Below are positions 12,462 through 26,200 of a stretch of 64,000 bases of DNA, one piece after another. The notes beneath the pieces were generated by a model that saw only the letters and a list, made by a program, of their open reading frames with translations, had not been told where the DNA came from and did no database searches. A program made the translations under genes and the position numbers. Position 1 is the stretch's first letter; every line of letters starts with the position of its first letter. Source of the DNA: Takakia lepidozioides (Eukaryota > Plantae > Bryophyta); contig CM060733.1 in NCBI GenBank assembly GCA_030704615.1, positions 41,974,001 through 42,038,000 on the forward strand, in the 5' to 3' direction.

Positions 12462-13254
12462 GTTTAAAGCTCCCCCACGTAAAGCTTTCACTAAGAGGAG
12501 TGGCGTGGGTGCCGTCGAGAGGCGACCAAATTGCTACAAAATCTTCTGCGAAATCAAGCCCCTCCTGCTCCACACCCGAGAAGTCTGACTCTCCATCTTC
12601 AACTAGCGGATGAGTCGTGTTTTTTCATCCGCCCATGTGTGTGGTCACGGCTGAAGTCCGCTCCCACATCCGCTGGGTCCCACATGGCTGATCAGATCAG
12701 CCCTGCCCGCACCCTCATGTGCGTATTACTTGTATCCCTAGTTGTTGAGTGGGTTTAGAATCACACTTTGCTCACAAAAATTGCATTTATTGTCCACATG
12801 GGAGCTTTGTTCTTCCTGAGCAGGGCATGAAAGTAGGATGCGCAAGGTCTTTTCCCTGGAATTGCAGTGTACTTGGGGAGGGTGGAGACTGTGGCTCCCC
12901 CTGGTCGTATTCTTCACAGACCACTCCGAAATTTCCAGACTACAGAGATAAACTGGTTTAGCATTTGTGTAAGTTTGGACATTTCCGTATGTTCCTCATT
13001 GTGTAGAGTCCAATGCAGCCTGACTGGCATAAACGTTGTTGGAAGCTCACTAGCACTCCTCCATCAAGGACCTTGTCCATATCTTGATGCTGTTGGATTT
13101 TCGGGCACAAAGGTCTACTGTGGAGCATGAAGCAGAGCTTGCATGATTTTTTTTAAGATCCTTCACAATGGTGGGACAGCCGCAATCACAAGGTGTGGCT
13201 TTCTTGAAATGCGATCCGTAAGACCAATCGACATGTGGTGTCGCGCAACGCAAT

Positions 13255-16200
13255 GATCGCAGGATATGCGCAGCATAGGTGTGGGCTGTGACCGTTGAGC
13301 AAATGAGGGGGGAAGGGTTGAAGCCCGACCATATCACATTTGTTTATGTTTGCATTGCGTGTGCGAGCCTGGCAGCCCTGGAAAAGCGCAAAGAGGTCCA
13401 TGGTGACGTCATCAAAGCTGGAATTGTACCAGATGTCATTCTGAACAATACCCTTGTAGACATGTATCCCAAAATGTGGGAGCATCGATGATGCAAAGGG
13501 AGTGTTCGACCATATGGCCGAACCAGATGTGGTGTCCTGGAATGCGATGATCAAAGGATATACACAGCATGGTTATGATGTGGAGGCCCTTCAACGATTG
13601 GAAGTGATGCAAGTGGAAGGCCTGAAGCTGGACAGTAGCACTTTTCTATGTGTTCTCTCCATGTAACCATGCTGGCCTAGTAGATGAAGGGTAATACTAC
13701 TTTGACTCGCTGAGTCGGATCATGGCATCACTCCAGCAGTGGAGCACTTTGGCTCCATGGTGGACCTTCTTGGCCACGCGTGGCAATTGGATGAGGCAGA
13801 GGACTTCATTAACAAAATGCCAACTTTACCAAATGCTGTGGTTTGGAGGGCCTTGCTCGGTGCTTGCAGAATCCATTGCAATGTGGAGATGGCTGAACGT
13901 GCGGCAACCTCTCTTTTCAAGTGGGATGAACAGGACGCCATAACTTATGTGTTGCTATCAAACATATATGCTGCATCTGGCAGATGGGATGATGGTTCAA
14001 AGGTGAGAAAATTTATGAGGGTCACAGGGGTGAGAAAAGATCCAGGTCGCTGCTGCATTGAGTTCAGCAACAGGGTGCACACCTTCGTTGTAGATGAGAA
14101 ATTGCATCCAAAGAATGAGGAAATCCATGCCGAGCTGAGAAGATTGTCTGGGCAGATGAAGGAGGCGGGGTATGTGCCTGACACGCGCGTTGTGTCGTGA
14201 AGGTGAATGTTGTGGGCTCATTTCTTTCTAAATGTTTGGATAATGGAAATTTTGTGAATATAGGAATGATGGTGCTTGGGGAAAAACTCTGAAAAACTGG
14301 GGATCTGAATGAAATATGTTGCAGAAGGGGTTCAGATCACTGAACTGTGTAAAGTTTAGTGGTGAGGTGATGCGGTTGAACACAGGAGTGTGTTAGACAA
14401 AGTTGAACATGTTGCTTGGGCTGTTTGTTCTTAGTTATCATTATGTGTTCCAGTTCTGAAACTGCTGATTGATAGTCGCAGCTTGATTCATACAATGAGA
14501 TCTGCCTTAAGTAAAGCTACTCATACCAGCTTGAAGAGTTAGCAGGGGAAACCGTCAGGAGTTAGGGTACAGTGAGTTTATGAATGTCACACATGCCGCA
14601 TGTACCTCCTATCCGCTTGAGTTGGTGCAGTTGTGCTCATGACACGCTAAGGTTTAGAATGAGGAAAAGATAGAGGTAATTGTTAGTACAGATCGTACAG
14701 GTCTCCAGTGATGAACTTTGCAGTCACGGACCAATTGGGAGCTGTGAGATGTCAGGCATTACATTGCATTTAAAGTGATTAATGTGATCCACTTCTTTGC
14801 ATACATTTTGTCACTTAACATTAAGCCTAGGGACTTGTTTTGTAGATGGGGTGAACTGCTCTATCGAAAACCCAGCAGTGCCTACTGTCTCCAATGAGTG
14901 GAAAGAACCAGAGAGACCTTCAGAGCTCTCTGCAAGTAAATGGCAACACAAATAGCAGGGTTAGTGCTACTCTAACTGTTCATTGCAAGAGCTTAACCAG
15001 TTTGTTTGTTACTATGAAAGCAAGGCTCAGGGAATTTGAAGGATGGCATTTGCAATCACATGTTTCATGAGGGATCAATGGTAATATGAGAAACGAGTCG
15101 CACCTGTGCTTTCTCTTCCTCTGCAGTGTGGGTCGCCAGGCTATACGGCGGATATTTGTAGAGCGAACCAAGTAAGGGGATTTCTGTCTCTTTTTTTTTT
15201 TCTCTGAGGTTAAGAAAACCATGCTTTGTCGCGTTATTAGACCTGCCTTGGAGTACGGATCTGCTATATGGGTTGATAACTCCAACCAGGCTAAGTCTCT
15301 AGAATCCATTCAAGTGGGGGTGCTTAAGGAGTGTATGTCAGCATGCTCCAAAACAGCCAATGTGGCTGTTCGGGGTGAGTTTGGCATTCCGTCCTTAAGC
15401 TCCTGACGAGATGAATTCAAGGTCAGATGGTGGGGTCAGCTGCAACATATGCCCAACACCAGATATCCTAAGTTAATCGACTCTATATCTTGGAAACAGG
15501 ACCGCCCTGTCAAACAGGCTAAGTCCTGGCAGAAGAGAATAGTAGAGATCCTCAAGGACCTGGACCTGGATCCGCAAGTCTTGACCCTGCTGGATAAATC
15601 TGACTTAGAGGCTGTAGTGTCCTTAGCCATGTCTGTTGCCATGAGATTGTCTGATGAAAATGAAGTTAGGCAGAAAACTTCCCTGAACTTGTTTCCAGTC
15701 TGTGACATGGGGGAGGACATCTTGGATGACCTCAAGGGTCTACCCACTCTCGGCACTAGACTGAAATTTAAACTCAGGGCAGGAAGCCTACCTTTGAACA
15801 GCAAACAGAAGCAGAGAGGAAAGGGAGAGTGCAATTGCCCGTTGTGTGGGCAATCTGAAGACAGTATTCATTTTCTGATACACTGTCCGGGGTTCTCTCA
15901 CCAAATGGACGCTCTCTTCAAATCTATTAAGGGAATTGTGCCCTGTTTACCAACTTTGAAAGTCTCGAGGCTGAGCCAAAAGCCCAGGCCCTCCTGAGGC
16001 CTAGTTTTTGGGCAAATCACACACAACAGATTGATGCTTTTGTGAAGGGATTTCTAGAGGATATCTGGAAAACCCGGATTAATTCTTTATATGGAGGTAA
16101 GTCTTACTACCAACGTCAGCCCCTGACAGAGGTAGGTTCTGTCCCTTTTGTTCCCGCTCAAACTGGGCGCGGGGTCAATGGCCACAAGGCTACGGCAAAC

Positions 16201-16470
16201 AACGGCTTATGAGTACAATCTGTCTCTTTTTTAATTCACACTACAATTGCATGATGTGGAGGAGGAAAAGGAATTTTCTATTTGCCACCACAGTGAGAAG
16301 CTGGCCATTGGTTTTGGGCTGATCAGCATGGCCCCTAGGACTCCTCTCTGTCTCATCAAGAATCTTCAGGTTGCCACACCTCCACCAAATTCATCTCAAA
16401 AATTGTTGGTCAAGCAATTGTTGTAAGGAGGCTAACCTCATTCATCACTTTGAAGATGGTAGTTATTCTG
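13255..16470 (+). pseudogene. PLS-E-DYW PPR (C-to-U editing factor) pseudogene with the DYW domain split by a ~2-kb insertion
   Basis: PPR motifs at 13260-13660. E/E+/PG-box ORF 13739..14200 ends MKEAGYVPDTRVV. The reading resumes at ~16248 as [71 protein letters not shown], with frameshifts, a damaged CxxC and no terminal DYW. Confidence 0.92.
15202..16218 (+). mobile_element. 5'-truncated RTE-X-like LINE
   Basis: Same family as 35121..38190. TSD TCTGTCTCTTTTTT at 15183-15196 and 16219-16232. Confidence 0.9.
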
Positions 16471-17231
16471 TTCATCCACCATTTCTAAGATTATTGACCA
16501 TGATGCACTGTTGAGGGCATTTCCTGTGGCATGTCCACAGGAAATAGCGGTGGGGTCTACCCAGCACTTGGGAAGTTTTGACTGACTCTGGTGATAGTGG
16601 AAGGTAATCAGAGTGCCGTCCTAATTCTGGTGTGGGTGGTGGAGCTTCTCTGAAGCTTGAAAGTGAATACGATTGTAAACCTTGGAACTCAAGTAGCTCC
16701 GGCTTGAAGGGCGTGTGCAAGGGCTTTCAAAGGCTTTCTCAAAACTTTCAAAGGCTTTCAGTTTGTGAGCACAGCAAAGGACCCCACTCCGCTTCGCGCA
16801 CTGTCTCTCTTGGCTAAGCTCAACTGTCTCTCTCGAACTACCCTGCTAACCAACACCCCAACTCCCCATCTTCACCTGCTACAGCATTGTCACTACAATC
16901 TAGAGGCTTCGCCAACTAGTGGAGGACCTCTCACTTGCATTTGCAAGTGCCATCTTCATTCAGACAGAAGTCCATTTGTGTTTGCGGTTTTTTTCTTTGG
17001 GTTTTTTTTTTTCTGGAACGAGTGCTTGTTGAGGCAAGTTCGAATTAAGTACCCAACAGATTACACCATTTTTAATCTTTTGAGTGCAAACCAAGAGACA
17101 CACAACAGTGCTACCCGCCTACAACCACACTGAAATAGCACAAGGATGGTTTTGATACTGAACTATCTACCAGCAGAACAAATACACGATACATATAAAC
17201 ATTACAACTCAGTACTTGAATGTTTTAAGAC

Positions 17232-20200
17232 TTAAGCAAGAACATAAACTAGGTCAGCAGACTGCACAAAAATGCTTCTGGGAGGATTGGTAAAGACATA
17301 AGCTGTTGGCGACCCGAGCGTAGCACGTGCGCGATATAAGCCCAATGCCAGAATGCCTTCGTCACGTAGCAGCCCAAGAAAGAGATCAGTGTACGGCCGA
17401 TTGACATATTGCCCAGGCACCTTAATCTGCTTTAAGTGACGTGCCGGCTTTGCACTCAAGCAACCATCTTGTGTCACGTAGCCCCCCTCCACTAGTTGCT
17501 CCACTATAGACACTGTATTTCGGTTGTAAAATGTTGATCGTCTGAATTTTGTGCATCACAGAAGACAAGCTTCACTATCATCAAGGCTCAAAACATCCAA
17601 TAACGTAAGGGGGCACCATAGATTTCTGAAGCTCACTACCTACCTACTTGCTAATCAGCTTTAATTTTTATGCCATCCTCAATTTGCTCTATCTCAACCA
17701 TAACATGGTTGGTTCCTATCACATCAGAAAACACAACTGCGGCACCCCAAAACATCACACTTGGGTCATTGGTCATAAAATGGGTGCGATGTGAAGTTGC
17801 CAGTGGCTTAAATCATTCCTGCCAGAACTACCTTCAAGTGTGTCTAGGACAAGTATGACATATTGTAGCACATGGAGAATGAAATGGAGGACTGCATAGT
17901 GCCCTACGTCTTTAAATGTTCTATGATATATTCCACGAAATTGCAAGAAATCCAAGCAATAAGACAACAACCAAAGATCACCCAGAGAACGAAGGTACTT
18001 ACAGCAAGAAACCAAGCAAACTGGGGGATACAACTTTGCCCTCCATATACGGAGGCGTAAAGTGAACCATAGCATCACGGTTGCGCTTATAGTCCATTTT
18101 GTCGATCTTACTGCGTGGGATCTGATATTGGGGGGGCAGATAATAGAACCCGACTGTGTGCTGCATCTCCACTACCATAATCTCAGTCTTCTCTCCCACC
18201 AGCCGCTCCACATTGGCAGCTATCAATACATTATCCACATCACTTGTATCTGACGATACTTTAGTGCGGTACCTCACATCTTCCAAGTCAGCTCCCCTCA
18301 AACCGAGTGGTCTACCTTGATCCGCAAGGATGACGACTTTCTCTGCACATGTTTTAAGCCATCGACCCAATTTATATAAGCAGAAAACTAACAACATTTT
18401 TGAGCACTCATCTAAAATGTCAGTAAGAGCAAGCACATTATCCAAGTCAAATTTTCCTTAATAGTCCTTGGCATCGTCAAACTTTCACCACATAGATCTC
18501 CGACATTAGATACACCCAAGCACATCCACTTCTGATATGCTGAAATTGTCATAACTGTGAAATCTTCAAGCTTGTGGACACCTGTATTCGTTACCAAAGA
18601 ATAATTTTTAAAACTGGGGTGCTTGTCAACATCAGCTACCGTGCAAGAGGTGCTTCACCTAGATACGCATATGCTCAGAATAGTCCCCTCGAGGGTCCCA
18701 GCACCCTTGTGACTATATGGCTGACCATTTGGAAGGTTTTCCAGTAGACTACTTTTGTAAATATCTGTATACATCCCCACAGAATACTCTGTCCCATTGA
18801 GTACATTGGTGAAGATGTGTCATTAAGCCTCGTGGATGGTTGAGGGCCTGTGTACGCTCATGATTAAAAATGTGAAAGAACCCCTGGGGAACCGCTTCCA
18901 GATAAGACACATACAGAGACAGACATGGTTGAAATAGGCTCAAGAAAATGTAAGTCAATCCACAGCCAGAGACCTGCTTGAAGAACACCAGCAAGCATGA
19001 GATCAAGCTCGTAGACGGGAGAGCCTTTGAGAAAGAAGACACCATGGAAGATGCCCACCAAGCCCCACTGTTTGGCACTTGGCTCATTTGGGTGCATAAT
19101 TACAATGGGTGGATTGGGAAACCCGGGCTTACGCAACTCCCTGAGAAAGTAGAAAATGTGTCGAGGCCACCTGCCCTGGCAGCAAACCAGAATATGTGGC
19201 AAATTCAACTCCACTACAGAAACAGTTCGCTTTTGAAGATCCTGGAGTATGATGTCTGCTTTCCGTTCCAGAACTGCCGGATGTGGCTGCCCAAAGTGTG
19301 ATAACGGTGGCCATGCCAGCAACTTCTCTATAGCATTTTCCAATGATAGTCCTTTGGAAACTTGAGCACCATTTGCACCTTCAGTACTGCTCTTGCTGGT
19401 CAACACATCATGGGAACTATGGTGTTCATTAATTGAGCGTGGAAGTGAGTCTATTTCACCAGTATGGTCCTGCTCTTTCCTATGGTCCTCAAGCACCCGG
19501 CGGATAGCTGAACCCAGCTGTGACTCCAACTTGTAATGTCCCTCTGGGCTAACTGGAAATGTTCGTGGATCGGGTCTGTCAATAGTTTCATCCGTATCAA
19601 CCATCGATTCTCTAGTATAATTGCCAACAGTGACTGTTCCTGTTCGCTTCCATCGATTCTTCACACTCTCTAGCTTCCCATCGTCGTCAGTGGAATTTGA
19701 ATAGTGGGCTTGATGCTCCTCATTGTTGGCCCATAATCTTTCACATAGTCTTAATTGCAGTTTCTTGTCCCCATACTGAGAGATGGAGAAGGCCGTGTGA
19801 AGGTCCTTTGAGATAACAAACCCTATGTCATGGGGTTGTATGATGTGACCCTTCGGATGCAGCAACACCTATCATCAATGCAATGCATTTTCAACCGATG
19901 AAAAACCGTCAACAAAAGCAGCAACAGTCACATATTATTTAGTTCTAGGTACATGTGGGGATAGTCTTCAGCATCTGAGAGTAGCAGCAGGATAAATTGA
20001 TATAAGTCGATATGGATGATGGTGGAAACAGTACCTTGCGGATGCTGCGATTTTTTTCCTTGAGAAGCACGGTGACATCTAGTGCAAACAGGACACAGTC
20101 GAAAGTCATAAACACAAACTCCGCAACCTGCAAAACTCACCCATCCAAATCTCTTATAATTGTCTATAGACTGATTAGGTTGTTATTTCCAGTGACATTA

Positions 20201-23200
20201 CTTACTATATAATGGTTGTTGAGAGATAAGGCAGCTCATGCCCTTGTTCACCCTTGCTACATCCCTTGTTCACCCTTGCATGATGTAGCTTGCTTCAAAG
20301 GAGCTTATAAGGTTCTAGCTTAGAAGCTTCTAGAAAGCTCTTAAGAGTTTGATGGAAATGGAAAAGTCAAATGGAAAAAACTATTTTTTTCTAGTGCATG
20401 GAACAAATCAATACAAGTTTCTATCCCTTTAGAGTAGCAAATTGATTTATCAATATATGAAGCGAGACGTTTGTTTTGTTTTGTTTTGTCACGTTGAGAT
20501 GTCCCAAACCGCGAGGTCCCAGCCCTAATGCTTGGTACCGTTGGAAAGCTCTCGACGAGGAGGGGTGCACGGGCTTGGTCTCATAGTTTTTGGACCTCCG
20601 GTGTGGGAGATGTGAAATTTCAAGTACTTTTGGTCGCTGGAAATTCAAGAAAAATAGCAAAGTGGGCATTCCTGGGACAATGGTTGGAGCCTCAACAGGA
20701 GAGATATCAACGGAAAGGTCTCCGGTTCAAATCTGGTCGTAGGCTCTCTTGAAAAGTATATAATTACAGCCACTGATTATACTACGAAATGGGTGGAAGC
20801 TAAAGCTCTGAGGGACAACACAGCCATATGGCTTGCTTCATATATTGATGCACTTGGACTTAGATGACATTGGACACTTGGGCCATCTTGTATGTACGGT
20901 CTAAAACAAACATTATGAACACGGAATGTGACAATATATGAGTTTTTTAAGAGAAATGAGTTCAAAGGTGCAGATTGGACACATGTATATTTGTCAAAAA
21001 TAGTTCAATATGCAAAATCATTTATTCTACACTTTAGGTGGCAGATAGGATCCTAGCACACGCAGATTTTCAGCTCACGAATATTATCAAAGATACTCTT
21101 GAATGAAAAATTATGCATGAAAATAACGGTGAAATTTAATATTGTTTGGAGATGATAATATCTAGCAGATGCCCACTGGTTAGAGAAATCCACATTTCAA
21201 GTCGTGGATCAAAGCCACACGCGTGTATATGTCACCCATTATAACCAACCCAACTATAAAAAGAAGTCTTCAGTGAACGGGTTATTTAAAAAAGAGATCC
21301 CAAAGACTTTTGAGTCAATGGGGGGAGGTTGTCCCAATTACGACAGTTAGAAGATGTCCAACTTCCAAACTGAAGGTCATTCCTTCCTTATGAAGTGATA
21401 CCATAAAGTACACCTAATTTGGCAAAAAAATTAAAGTTAAATAAAAATTCCAAGAAAAGGGGATAGAGGCAGAAGGATTGTTACAACTTGCTTCGACATG
21501 ATTCTTCTTTTTTATGGGGGACGCATGTTGTTACACATTTGAAAACAAAGACCTCGATGTTGTCACAAAAAAAAATGCATGGAGGATATTTTTTGACGTT
21601 TCAATATACAAGATTGTATTACAATTGCTACACCCATAGAGCATAGATTAAAACTATCCAACACACTTGAGGCAAAACCAATGATGATAGAGACATTGTG
21701 TGTGAGCCGTATAGAGTGTTGATAAAATGCCTAATGTATTTGGTTACAAGGATGAGATTCAATATTGTAGTAGCAATGGAAACAATAACTGGGTTACAAC
21801 AAAAGCACTAAAAATCAAAGTCCTATATTTGATGGAAAGGAGTGGAATGCTACATTACTTGTAGGAGTCACTGACGCCGATTGGGCAAGTGATTTGGATT
21901 ATATGAGGTGTACCACCGTACATGTATCTATGTATACCATCTATAAGTTCGAATAGCAAAAAACAACGACAGTGGTATTATCAACAACAGAGGTAGAATA
22001 CATGGTAGAATAAATGCCAACTCAAGAGGCAATATGGCTACAACGAATACTATAAAAGTTGGGATATGCTCAAATTTGGCTCTACAATCAAGATGACTGT
22101 AGAACAATGAATAAGCGTGCTACATATAACAGCCAGATAGTCTAAATTCCTGATGTTGTCATGCACACAATTGCATGAACTTTGTCCTCTTGAATTGTCC
22201 CAAACGGATATTACCGTGCACAAATTGATGCGAATTGTGTTTCTATATTGTCAAGGCTATGAGCACTTTTTCAGCAAAGACATATGGCTAAGTGGGCGTC
22301 TCGACACCTAGTCGCAATGTATGGAGAGGCGGACGAAGACCACCGGTGAAGCAAGCGTAACTTCACCGCAAATAGCTATTGCCTTCCATCTGGAAGGTGA
22401 ACACCTTCTAACGGCCGTAACCGGGGCAACCGAGTTGCCCAAACCACTCAAATCCTGTGCACCCAACACCTTAAATACCGGTTGACCCGAGACTCATTTT
22501 TAAAAGCTGGATTCGCTATGATGGGTGACATTTGACATACACCTATGTGACTTTGAACACACAACCACTTGTAATGCGGCCTTGTGCCGCAAAACCACGG
22601 GGGCATATAAATTTGTCAAAAAAAAGTTGGAAATTAAGGAGCATCTACCCTCTATTGGACAACTAGGATATGAGAACGCACATTCTAACAAAGGCTATTG
22701 CTAAATCTCAGTTTGAGCATTTGAGAGAATCAACGAGTCTAAACCACAAAGACACTTCCCTACGTGGAAATGTTGTGAAACAGGGCAACTCATGCCCTTG
22801 TTCATCCCTGTATGTTGTAGCTTGCTTCAATGGAGCTTACAAGATTCTAGCTTAGAAGCTTTTAGAAAGGTCTTAAAAGCTTCCTGAAGCTTTTAGGGTT
22901 TTTCAAGGGAGGTGATGAAGCTTCCATAGGGGCTCCAAGGAAGAATGGCACCTTCCCCAAAGGGGTGATCAAGGACTCAAATCCTTCATACACAAGGCAC
23001 TCTACATCTATTCTAATACAATGACATATCAGAGAGGCTTCCTTCCCTTCCTTCACGTGTCGTCTCTCCTTGCCTTTTCTCTCTCACACACACAGCTTGA
23101 GTGTTTCCTCTAACCTTTGATGAGTTTAGAACTACGGTAAATACATGCAATCTCAGTAATGATTCCAGCATTTCCCATGTAATTGTAGAAAAAAAGACAT

Positions 23201-26200
23201 GAAAGAAATATCACTGTGAGAGCCTACCAAACTTTGAACTTACATTAGAATGTACTCATAAGATGTTGTTTGTTGTAACCTTATGGCCATAGACCCTCCA
23301 ACCACTTTGGGAAGAACAAAAGGGAACATATACTACCTTTGTGTGGGGCTCACTCCAGTAGTGTGACTTACCTTGATAGAGACAATTAGCTCGGGTTTTC
23401 CAGATTCCTCTAGAAAGCCCTTTACACTAGCATCAACTTGCTGTGTTTGAGCTGCCCAGCAATTACGCCCCAACAGGGCGAGGGCTTTAGACTCAACCTC
23501 AAGATTTTGAATGTTGGTGAATACAAGCAGGGACAATGTTCTTAATCATCCTGAAGAGGGTCACTCTCTGGTAATTTTATCCCTGACAATGGATCAGAAA
23601 ATGAATATTGTCATCAGGATCGGGCAATTACAATCTCCTCTTCCGTAGAACTTACATTAGAATGGACTCGTAAGAGGTTCTTTGCCGTAGCCTTGTGCCA
23701 TAGACCCGAGCCCAGAACCAAGTTACATTAGAGAGGTCCCCTAAGATAAAAAGATAGAAAAGAGTGTACAATCCTACTTGATTAAACTGTAGCCAACTGC
23801 GGCAAGCACAAGGAAGGATCAAGAGAGAGGGAAGAAAGAAAAGGCAGAGAGAGATATACCTCTTCAAAGATCTTGTTATGGCAAGCACTAGGGAAAATAA
23901 GAGGATAAACCTCGTTGTCAAAACCGTGGACGTATTCTGAGATAAAATGGTGATCTGACAAGTTCATGAGCTTGATCTCTGATGTGAACAAGTTAGTTAT
24001 GAATGTGTAGAGGCCTTTGATGGTGCAGCTGCCCTCCCATCCCAAAACCCAACAATATGGCATAAACAAGTTTAAACTCTGCCTTTATGAAGATGATGGA
24101 TACATTGTATGTAATCCGTGCTTACAAAAATCAATCAACACCCATGCTACAAGGATTCCGACTTGTTGACCATAGTTTAAATCTTGCCTCCCCAATATGT
24201 GTGAATAGGAGCGCAGGGGAAGAGGAAACAAAGAAGTGCCAGGATTGAGAGACCTATAGAGAGCCCTCTTCTTTCCCAGTCCTAAAAATCTGGACCAACT
24301 TCCTCAAGCTCTACCCAGTGGATTCTCACAAGTCATTGGCATCCTCAAATTTTACCCGAGAATGAGGATGGGCAGGGGAAGAAAATGGGACAATAAGAGA
24401 CCTGTGGAGAGTGAAGAGAGTTCCTGTTCCAAGGTTAAAAATATGGAGACTGACTCCCTCAAGCTCTACATGCACTGGGTCGTCTAAATCTTCAAATTTT
24501 GGCACATCCAAACAGCCGGATGCCACCTGGTGATGCAAAATGAGCAGGTCATGCTGTGTCCGATCAGAGAGCAATATCTGGTAGTGCATAATTGCTGCAA
24601 GAAGTGCAAGGTATATCTTGCAACAAGCTCTCCTGAGAGCAAACGCGGACACTTCTGAGGTATTGTTTGCTTGCTTTCAAGAACATGGCAAATAAGGGCA
24701 CATCATGCATTCTCCTTAGTTTGTCCACTTAGCTGGTGCATCTTCTCTCCCGTGACTGGGAGAATCTGGCTGGAAGATTTATGTTGCATGCTATTGCGGC
24801 ATTTCTCCATATGCCGCTTGTTTCTTAGTCCCTACATGTACCTTTCCTTTTTCAATAGCAGCAGGTTTTGTATGAGCTGGCCTTCCCTGTAAGTGTCACA
24901 ATCTTTACTCCCAGCAGCTGTCTAGTCTCTTGTGTTATTAGTTCTCACCAATCTTATGAACTTTCTTTCTCTTCTACCTCTTCTCCCCTTTCCGTTGGCG
25001 TTCTGTTTCTTGGAAGATGGTTGGGTCAACTAAACTCCCTTACCCACTGGCCATCCCAGGGCCTGCATTTCTTTGCTTGCCATTTCCTCTACAGTGTCCC
25101 CCTTTCCCCACCCTACTAAAGAGATAAAGGGGAAGAAAAAAGAAAAATTGTACTAAGCAGATCACAGGAATCCGTACAGGGCAGAAAAGTGGGCAGACAA
25201 AAGAGTACCCACCTGCAAGAGAGCATCTTGTAGTGGATTTTAGCAGGGCAGATCACCTCAATGCCCCCACTTTGCGTCTCATCCCACACTGCACTAGTTT
25301 GTGTACCTGGCTCCAGCACTTCGACTATAATGCGCACCTGGTTTCCACAAAAGCGATGAACTGCCAATGCTCTCACTATCTGTTTGGCATCCTCCTCCTT
25401 TGGAGCCTGTAACAAGAGGTCGGTTATGTTGTGGCACTCTCCACGTTAGTATCCAACATATTATGGCAGACACACTTACAGAAATCTACAAACCAAGGCA
25501 TAACTTGTACCCAAATTCATTCTTCTTATGAGGTTTGTAAAAAAAGGTTGGCATAATCTATGCACAGGTTAGATATGAACATAAATATTTACACATTTCT
25601 ATGGCCAAATCGAGAAATCAGAGGAGCCTCCTAAACCCCACCTACAATGGCCACTCCGAAAAATGGTGAGAAAGTGTCCGAATTCTAAAGCTGAAGGACA
25701 GCGTGGAGAAAATATTGCAAACAAGATGAAAAACATACATCAGTTTCTTGGTCAGCCAACAAAAAGAAGGCTGAGGCTCGAGCGGCGAACACACGTTCTA
25801 GGTCTGATTGCCGCACCGGTGACCCTTCTATAAACTCGACCAGCCCATTATAGAGTGCAACTAGTTGGTTTAGTTCAAACCTGCCAACATACACCACCCT
25901 GCCTTTGTTAGATATGTGTTACAGAGTCCAAGTTCGCAGAAAGCTATTCACCTGTTGGAGTACAATATCCCTCCATCTCTCAGCACAGAAGCTTTGTGCA
26001 ATGATTTAGCTCTAGTATTTCACTTTCTTGTTCTACACTAGTGTCCACAAGCTCTTTAGGCTTTTGTTCTTCTCCCATGGACCTTTGGGGCTATAAAGTT
26101 TTGTTCCTATTTCTTCTTTTGTATTCTCTCTCCACATCGAATTACTAACCATCATGATGCATTAGTTTGCTTGATAAGGAAACAACGGATCTTCAACAAG

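Larger units (their letters stand above)
20215..22890 (+). mobile_element. Decayed LTR-like direct repeats (~20215-20345 and ~22770-22890) in a channel intron
   Basis: GCARCTCATGCCCTTGTTCAYCC...GTAGCTTGCTTCAAWGGAGCTTAYAAGRTTCTAGCTTAGAAGCTTYTAGAAAG occurs twice in the same orientation. Confidence 0.55.
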
